A stretch of DNA of 25,422 bases. It comes from a virus. Its lineage: Duplodnaviria; Heunggongvirae; Uroviricota; Caudoviricetes. The stretch lies in the IMG/VR virus record IMGVR_UViG_2574180238_000002; one strand, written 5' to 3'. Under the pieces are notes generated by a model. That model ran no database searches. It was not told where the DNA came from and saw only the letters and a list, made by a program, of their open reading frames with translations. Shown here in pieces: positions 19,385-25,422 of the stretch. Position 1 is the first letter of the stretch. Each line of letters begins with the position of its first letter. The position numbers and the translations under genes are program-made.

Positions 19385-20416
19385 ATGAATGATTTATCAA
19401 CATATTTTGGCGTTAATACTGCGGTAGTAACTCCATTTGCTTATGAGAATGCACTTAATACCCTGATTACTAATCTCGATCTGTTCGATGTGCAATATCA
19501 TACAGAAAACAGCATTCTTCTTACCGACCTGATTGATCAGTTTGTGCAGGTAGCTGGGGAAACCTCGCCTTACGCTCAAAGCGACTGGAACGCCTCTAAA
19601 CGTCAGGAATGGTCAAACAAACTTTTCCAGATGAAACACGTCGGCAGTATTAACGCTGTTACTTCTCGTGACCTGGAACAATACAGCCGCCAATATCCAA
19701 ACCGTTCTGATGCTATGCTGGTAGCGGTTAATGATTTCTCTGAGGCTCATTACCGTTCACACGCAAACCGTGTTGAAGTGGATCTGATTACCGCGCTGCT
19801 GGGCCTGAAAGTTGAATCTGAATATGCCGGACAAGGTGATCTCGACTTCCTCGACGGTCAGGCTAAAACCACGGTACCCGCTATCGACTTTGCATCGACT
19901 ACTGTTAACCCGTTCCTTGCTATTCGTAAAGCGGTGCGCTTACAGAGTGAAAAGCTGGGGTCTGGTCTTGCTGCAAAGCGAACTGGTGTAATTATCTTTG
20001 CTGCTGGCACTGCTGCTGATGGTTTGTCATCTAACCCGCTGATCAGTGACATGGTGAAATATGCAGGCGATGCGAGTGCTACGGCCCTGTTTACCCGTAT
20101 GGTTGATTCTAACCCAGCCTATGACTCTTTCCAGATTGGTGGGATCACTGTTATTGATGTGTCAATGTTTCCTGAGATTGTTGCTCACATCGGAGAGAAC
20201 GGTTTCGCAATTGTTCCGGTAATGGATAAAGCGGCACAGTGTTACCAGCTTCATAGCGGCGTTGGTGTGCGTCATGCTGAGTTAGGTCAAGATGCCGTGT
20301 TGCATCACCAATATCTAATCAAGGATGAATTCCAATTCCCATCTGTGGTTACTGAGACATCTTATCTGCCAGTAAACAACATTCCGCAAGCTATCATCTT
20401 CGGATCTGCTGCGTAA
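19385..20416 (+). CDS. hypothetical protein (343 aa), function unknown
   Basis: AAGGA RBS; no signal peptide or recognisable catalytic motif by eye. Confidence 0.55.
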   Translation: MNDLSTYFGVNTAVVTPFAYENALNTLITNLDLFDVQYHTENSILLTDLIDQFVQVAGETSPYAQSDWNASKRQEWSNKLFQMKHVGSINAVTSRDLEQYSRQYPNRSDAMLVAVNDFSEAHYRSHANRVEVDLITALLGLKVESEYAGQGDLDFLDGQAKTTVPAIDFASTTVNPFLAIRKAVRLQSEKLGSGLAAKRTGVIIFAAGTAADGLSSNPLISDMVKYAGDASATALFTRMVDSNPAYDSFQIGGITVIDVSMFPEIVAHIGENGFAIVPVMDKAAQCYQLHSGVGVRHAELGQDAVLHHQYLIKDEFQFPSVVTETSYLPVNNIPQAIIFGSAA

Positions 20417-20567
20417 TAAAGCGTTAATAGACGATTCCCCATCGGGGCAATAAGGGTAAAGGGATTAACTAACCTGTAGGCGCAAATACAGTAACGAATC
20501 TCTTTGCCCTTTTTGTTTTTCTACTGTCTACAAACCCAAATAAAAATATATATGTGAGAGAAAACCA

Positions 20568-20765
20568 ATGAATACAGAAAACCCACAATCCTTTATTCTT
20601 AAAGCTGTAAAAGAACTGGCAGCTATTAGCGAGGAATCAGTTATAAACACATCGGCGCTTTGCCGCCTTTTAGAAATTGATGCAAATAATGTGCGCCAGC
20701 GTGTCTTTCAGACTGGGTGCAGCACTTTCGAAGCAATTCAATACTATTGCTCTAAAAAACAATAA
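20568..20765 (+). CDS. hypothetical small protein (65 aa)
   Basis: ORF in operon context; weak RBS. Confidence 0.4.
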   Translation: MNTENPQSFILKAVKELAAISEESVINTSALCRLLEIDANNVRQRVFQTGCSTFEAIQYYCSKKQ

Positions 20766-20799
20766 TAAACAACAATCATAATACAGGGAAACAATTAGC

Positions 20800-22641
20800 A
20801 TGTTAGAACTTAACGTCAGCCGCTTATCAAACGTTGTCACCTTCCAGGTTGATCGACCATCATTAGAGAAAGCAAAAGCAGAAGTAGAAAAACTTCGTAA
20901 ACAAATGGCGGCGGTGAAAGATATAGAATTGCGTGTTAAGACACATAAACAATCAACTTCTAAAGCAAAAAAAGACGTAGACGATATTGCTAAAAAGCAA
21001 GCACAGGCAGATAAAGCCAATGCTAAAGCACAATTAGCCGCTCAACGTGTAGTTGCAAGAGAACAAAAAGCCCTGGCAGCACGCAAAGAGAAGGCAGACT
21101 TAAAACTGTTAGACGTTGGATCAAGCATTAGTGCATTGCACCGCCTTTCTGTAGCGGAACAATATAAAGCTATTGCACAGGCTAGAGAAATTGCCCTCCA
21201 ATATGAAAGAGGAGCTATTAGTCTGGCACGTATGAATAGCCAAATGAAACGCCTACAACAGCAACAACGTAAGATTAATGGCAATCGTAACGCTCACGCT
21301 AAAGCCTATGCACCTGTTAAGGGTAGCGGGAGTATTGGCGGCGGTGCTGCGGCTGTTATGCTGGGTGGCTTAGGCGCTGGCGCTACGTATATGGCTATGA
21401 GCAAAGCCTCTGAATTTGTTACTAACAGCTTTGCGAATGCTGAAACGCTGGGTGAATTGTATAGCCGTGCGAAGCTGGGCGGTGTAGACGTTAACCAGAT
21501 GAACAATATTGAGCAATGGGCCTACAAAAACGGCGTTGATTCAATGATGGGGGATCAAGGTAAACGTAAGTATCTCGATCAGATGAAAGATGTGCGTGAG
21601 CGTGCAACCAAAAGCTATGATGAGGCTGAATATGTAGTCGATAAAAAAACAGGCAAAGGTGAATGGAAGGGCGGCGATAGCGGCATCAATACTTTAATGA
21701 ATGAAGGATTCTTAACTAAAAAGGATCTAAAAGACTTTGCTGATAATCCGGCTGGTCTGGTTAGTAAAGCAGTTCAGGGAATGGTGAAGAAAGGCTATTC
21801 AGATGCACAAATCGGTAGTCGTCTGGAAGATCTGGCTGATGATTTGATGCTCACCTCTAAATACTGGACACGCTCCGCTAAAGAAGTGGAACAATCAGCA
21901 CGAGAACAACTAGAATCAGGGCGCTGGGTAACACAGGCACAACAGGAAAGCGTTATTAAATTCCGTGAACTGAATAATGCACTTAGTGGGCTTTCTGACT
22001 CACAAGGGATCGCCTTTGTTGATGGCTTTATGAAATCTCTTGATCCGAAAGTGATTGAAGAGTTTAAAAAGAGCATGGTTGCAATGCTGCCAATGTTTAC
22101 CAAATTAGGCGAGGCTATCGGCGGATTGGTTAACGCCGTAATGAAAACAATCAACTGGCTGATGAAAAACGACGAGAAGACGGAAGCTATTCAGAAGAAT
22201 TTAGGGGATGCACCGCCACTATCTAACGAAGGAATGAAGCAGAATCTTTCTAATCTCACTCCTGATCAATATAAAGGCGCTGGCACCGGAACAACTAAGC
22301 CAGATAACAGCAATTCCCTGGTTAACACTATTAAAAGCTGGTTTATGCCAGAAGAAACGGTAGGTGGGGCGCAGGCTGTAAATCAATACAGTCTCGAAGG
22401 ACAAAACATTGCAAATCTGAAACAGAGTGCAGCACAACAAGCTTTCAAGGCTCCTTCTTACACCTTTGCACCTGTTATTAACTTCAATCCAGAATTACAA
22501 GTAAATGCAGAAGTGCCGCTAACTATCGAATCAGACACCGGACGATTGAGCGAATTTATCGACTTCAAATCAAAGGCATCCTCCGCTGAGTTTAGCAAGC
22601 TATTAACGCTGGGTGTTATGTCAGGCGGGTCAACCTATTAA
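20800..22641 (+). CDS. large coiled-coil protein with Gly-rich hydrophobic segment (613 aa)
   Basis: AGGGA RBS; N-terminal ~170 aa Lys/Ala/Gln-rich heptad-like sequence; GSGSIGGGAAAVMLGGLGAGATYMAM resembles a glycine-zipper membrane segment. Confidence 0.6.
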   Translation: MLELNVSRLSNVVTFQVDRPSLEKAKAEVEKLRKQMAAVKDIELRVKTHKQSTSKAKKDVDDIAKKQAQADKANAKAQLAAQRVVAREQKALAARKEKADLKLLDVGSSISALHRLSVAEQYKAIAQAREIALQYERGAISLARMNSQMKRLQQQQRKINGNRNAHAKAYAPVKGSGSIGGGAAAVMLGGLGAGATYMAMSKASEFVTNSFANAETLGELYSRAKLGGVDVNQMNNIEQWAYKNGVDSMMGDQGKRKYLDQMKDVRERATKSYDEAEYVVDKKTGKGEWKGGDSGINTLMNEGFLTKKDLKDFADNPAGLVSKAVQGMVKKGYSDAQIGSRLEDLADDLMLTSKYWTRSAKEVEQSAREQLESGRWVTQAQQESVIKFRELNNALSGLSDSQGIAFVDGFMKSLDPKVIEEFKKSMVAMLPMFTKLGEAIGGLVNAVMKTINWLMKNDEKTEAIQKNLGDAPPLSNEGMKQNLSNLTPDQYKGAGTGTTKPDNSNSLVNTIKSWFMPEETVGGAQAVNQYSLEGQNIANLKQSAAQQAFKAPSYTFAPVINFNPELQVNAEVPLTIESDTGRLSEFIDFKSKASSAEFSKLLTLGVMSGGSTY

Positions 22642-22688
22642 TCATCACTGTGGGGCTGTTTAGCCCCCTTAAATAAGGATTACAAATT

Positions 22689-23366
22689 ATGGCAATGGGT
22701 CCGTTAACCATTGGTCGCCCGACTGAGGCGAAAATCAACAGCACAAGCAACGATAGCAACGGTAGAACAACCAAAGGGGGTAACGGCTTTGCGATCATTA
22801 CCTCTAATCTCGGCAGTGGTGCAAATGCTGCTTACAATGACTACCAGGCATTATCATTTGATAGCGTGGAATCGACGAAAGTTAGCAGAAATGCGGACGT
22901 TACAAGCTATGCCGTCGAATCAGGATCAGAAGTTAGTGATCATGTTCAAATACGGAATAACAAGTTCACATTACAAGGGCGTATCTCTGAAACCGTATTG
23001 AAGCTCAATCCTGATATGATTAAGAATGCTGGAATTAACGGCAATCGACGTATGCTTATGCTTGAATACCTAAATCAGTTGATGGACAGTCGCCAACCTT
23101 TCCTACTTGTCACTGAGTTAAAAAATTATGACAACGTTGTGTTAGTTGGCATGTCTTACGAAGAAGAAGCAAGCGAAAGCCTATTGTTTACTCTTGATTT
23201 TGAGCAAATCCGTCTTGTCTCTAAAGCAACTACAAGCGCAATTGCGGTAAAAACAGCACCAAATAAATCTGTAGGAGGCCAGGTTAAAATGCAGGTAAAT
23301 ACAACAGAACAGAAAAATCAAAAAAGCCCAGGGCAAGACGTTGTAACGCCAGTATTTAAACAATAG
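22689..23366 (+). CDS. hypothetical protein (225 aa)
   Basis: AAGGA RBS; preceded by a ggggct-gttt-agcccc hairpin. Confidence 0.55.
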   Translation: MAMGPLTIGRPTEAKINSTSNDSNGRTTKGGNGFAIITSNLGSGANAAYNDYQALSFDSVESTKVSRNADVTSYAVESGSEVSDHVQIRNNKFTLQGRISETVLKLNPDMIKNAGINGNRRMLMLEYLNQLMDSRQPFLLVTELKNYDNVVLVGMSYEEEASESLLFTLDFEQIRLVSKATTSAIAVKTAPNKSVGGQVKMQVNTTEQKNQKSPGQDVVTPVFKQ

Positions 23367-23446
23367 CCTTAAACGCCTATGAAACGCTCTGTAACGAGAT
23401 AATCATAAAAGAGGCATCAGCCTATATTGAAGCCTCTTTATTACGT

Positions 23447-24724
23447 CTATAGCGTTGTTTTACGCCTTAAATTTGATTTTTTATTGATTGATAAGCCTTT
23501 CTCTATTTCAGGGTAGCGTAAAAGCTCAATATATTTTTTAAGCTCTATTGGAGAAGCTGCATTTTTGCTATATGTGCGGAATGTTTCTGTATTGCCGCGT
23601 GTATGGCCCAGGAGAAGGGCGATCCTGTCTTCTGGAATTTGATTTCGATCAAGAAGCTGTGCTACTCCGTGTCTCAGAGAATGAAACACTTTCCTTTCTG
23701 TTCCCTTTTCCCCTAAAGCCTTTCGTTTAGCTCTTGTAAATCGTTGTGTATGCCACGTAGAGCGTTTACCGTCAGCACGTTCTGTAATGCTGGCGTGATA
23801 GAACAAAAAGCCATTGTGAGGCTTTTCACGCAGCGACAACACCAACGGAGTGATAAGGTTATGCACAGGCACAACACGTGCCGCAGCTTTCGTCTTTCCC
23901 TGTGTGATTTCAAAACACAGCACACCTTCGATCTCTTTCACATCGTCTATTGTGAGACTTGCTATCTCATTGATCCGCATACCTGTATATAAACCGATAA
24001 GACACAAAGCCGTCATTTCTTTGTTTTCTGCTGAATTACCGGAAAATACTTGCAACACCTGCAATAGCTCTTTGTTAGAAAATGCCTCGTAGCTCTCTCT
24101 ACTTTGTGCCACATCAAGCCTATGCCCTCGCCAGGGGGAGAGCGCCCTTTCTGGCGCATCGTGGTAACGTGATGAAGCTAATTCCCATAGCTGGGCCATT
24201 GGACTGATATAATTTGCAATTGATTGTTGTGAAAGAGTTTTTTGCATGTGTTCAATCCAGCCTGTAACAGTGGTGCGGCTTACATCTTGCAATGCAATAT
24301 CAGGCTTTTTACGGTAGGAGAGAAACATCTCTACCGCTTTTCTTGCCTTAGCTAAAGTGGCTGGCTTCTTCTTCGTGCTGTTAATTGTCAGGTAGATTTC
24401 AAGAATTTTAAGCAATGACGGACACGAAGACGCTGTATCTTGCACTCTGGTAGCTGTTTTGGCGTATTTAGCCTTACTGCGTAACAGTTCCAGCGTGTTT
24501 TCTATTGTGCTGTTTACAGGGGCAACACTCTCCCGTAAGCAATGGTATTCATCTGCAATCTGATCACGCTTTCTACGTGCAACACGAAGATTACTTGTGT
24601 GTAGACTTCTGACAAACGTCCTTTTTCCTTCAAAAAAGGGCTGCATATACACAGGCAGCGTGATCCTTAAATAGTAGTTACCGTAAGAATCACAGATTAA
24701 GTATTGGTTAGGCTTGTATCTCAT
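23447..24724 (-). CDS. tyrosine integrase of the second element (P4-type size, about 425 aa)
   Basis: C-terminal catalytic-domain pattern (..HSLRHG..LLGHT..TFRTYSK.. consistent with the R/H-x-x-R/Y region); GGAG RBS before ATG at 24724 (track ORF extends to a TTG at 24811); adjacent to the tRNA-derived repeat. Context resembles thrW-associated integrases such as IntF of E. coli K-12. Confidence 0.8.
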   Translation of the reverse strand: MRYKPNQYLICDSYGNYYLRITLPVYMQPFFEGKRTFVRSLHTSNLRVARRKRDQIADEYHCLRESVAPVNSTIENTLELLRSKAKYAKTATRVQDTASSCPSLLKILEIYLTINSTKKKPATLAKARKAVEMFLSYRKKPDIALQDVSRTTVTGWIEHMQKTLSQQSIANYISPMAQLWELASSRYHDAPERALSPWRGHRLDVAQSRESYEAFSNKELLQVLQVFSGNSAENKEMTALCLIGLYTGMRINEIASLTIDDVKEIEGVLCFEITQGKTKAAARVVPVHNLITPLVLSLREKPHNGFLFYHASITERADGKRSTWHTQRFTRAKRKALGEKGTERKVFHSLRHGVAQLLDRNQIPEDRIALLLGHTRGNTETFRTYSKNAASPIELKKYIELLRYPEIEKGLSINKKSNLRRKTTL

Positions 24725-24823
24725 AAAATCTCCGGCTAAAGTGTCGGAGCGTTTGTAATGTGAAAATTGATTGTGACGCATAGAAAATGATGATTTTTCT
24801 ATAAGATTCAATCAATTAGTAAT

Positions 24824-24885
24824 GGTCGTAGGTGATGGCATTAACACGAGATTAATCGAGTGTTTTACTCCTATTATCGGCACCA
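24824..24885 (+). other. degenerate pseudo-tRNA / right att of the second element
   Basis: 19-nt exact match to the tRNA-Thr 3' end (ACTCCTATTATCGGCACCA, 24867-24885), plus an upstream 10-nt tRNA-like piece (GGTCGTAGGT, 24824-24833) separated by non-tRNA sequence. Confidence 0.6.
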
Positions 24886-25011
24886 TTAAAATCAAAGAGT
24901 TACCCCATATTTAAATACACCACGTTTCCTCCTGTGCCGTATTTGTGCCATTGTAACCTTGGCAATTCATCAAAATACTGTTCTGACATCAGGCAGTGCA
25001 GGTGCAGACAT

Positions 25012-25422
25012 TTAAGCCAATTGCTGCCGCCATTCTTTGACGTAGTCAATCAGGGCGCGGAGCTTTGGTGCAATATTGCGACGCTGTGGGAAATACAGAT
25101 AGAAGCCCGGAAATTGTGGAAGAAAGTCATCAAGCAGCGATACAAGCTTACCGCTTTCAATATATGGCCTGAAAGTTTCCTGAGTGGCAATTGTTATTCC
25201 TCCGCCGGCAAGAGCCAGCCTCAACATCAGACGCAGATCATTAGTCGTAATCTGCGGTTCAATCGCAAGGTCGAAAGTTCTCCCGTTTTCTTCAAATGGC
25301 CAGCGATAAGGCGCAACCTCCGGGGACTGACGCCAGCCGATACACTTATGGGTATTTCCCCCGGAGGCGAGAAAGCGCTCTCCACGCCCGGCCGCAAGGA
25401 TCAGGACGACGGGGGCAGGCAT
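25012..25422 (-). CDS. LysR-family regulator, C-terminal substrate-binding portion only (possible gene fragment)
   Basis: 136 aa fit the C-terminal half of a LysR-type regulator; no N-terminal HTH region; ORF start coincides with the window edge. Position and size recall yagP of E. coli K-12, but I cannot confirm that from sequence. Confidence 0.6.
   Translation of the reverse strand: MPAPVVLILAAGRGERFLASGGNTHKCIGWRQSPEVAPYRWPFEENGRTFDLAIEPQITTNDLRLMLRLALAGGGITIATQETFRPYIESGKLVSLLDDFLPQFPGFYLYFPQRRNIAPKLRALIDYVKEWRQQLA

Larger units (their letters stand above)
12122..24885. mobile_element. uncharacterized integrative element flanked by direct repeats of the tRNA-Thr 3' end
   Basis: 19-bp exact direct repeat actcctattatcggcacca at 12103-12121 and 24867-24885; tyrosine integrase next to the right repeat; serine recombinase, iterons, AT-rich composition. 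Confidence 0.6.

Noticed and set aside
20670-22440. Minus-strand ORFs antisense to the 613-aa gene and its neighbour (20670..21020, 21042..21284, 21306..21506, 21795..22154, 22219..22440)
   Set aside because: Low-complexity Cys/Ala-rich translations typical of antisense frames of a Lys/Ala/Gln-rich gene; no RBS.
12122-24885. Second element as a complete prophage
   Set aside because: No terminase, portal, lysis cassette or recognisable replication genes; too small and of the wrong content for an autonomous tailed phage.
1-25422. Recognisable defence enzymes (restriction-modification, Cas, abortive-infection nucleases, toxin-antitoxin pairs)
   Set aside because: No ORF shows catalytic motifs I can recognise by eye (methyltransferase motifs, Walker A/B ATPase, HEPN, PD-(D/E)xK and so on); any defence role for the unknown proteins remains hypothesis only.

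Overview
Composite mobile-DNA region of Escherichia/Shigella type, built as a tandem array at a tRNA-Thr 3' end. (1) An IS1 copy (1-713) has inserted into, and truncated, the integrase of a P22-like prophage. (2) That prophage survives as an ~11.4 kb remnant (714-12121): int', xis, small early-left genes, then directly the gp20/gp16-like ejection proteins, a lipoprotein, an Mnt-like repressor, a tailspike with P22-type head-binding N-terminus and an AT-rich O-antigen-type acyltransferase; replication, lysis and head genes are absent. It ends at a 46-nt tRNA-Thr 3' segment (12076-12121). (3) A second, ~12.7 kb integrative element (12122-24885) follows, bounded by a 19-bp direct repeat of the tRNA 3' end. 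It carries a tyrosine integrase, a serine recombinase, a five-copy palindromic iteron array, a 24-bp inverted-repeat pair, and two co-directional operons of proteins I cannot assign to any family. This second element is the best candidate for an undescribed system. (4) A LysR-family C-terminal fragment lies at the right edge. All calls rest on reading the sequence and ORF track plus remembered family features; no database search was possible.
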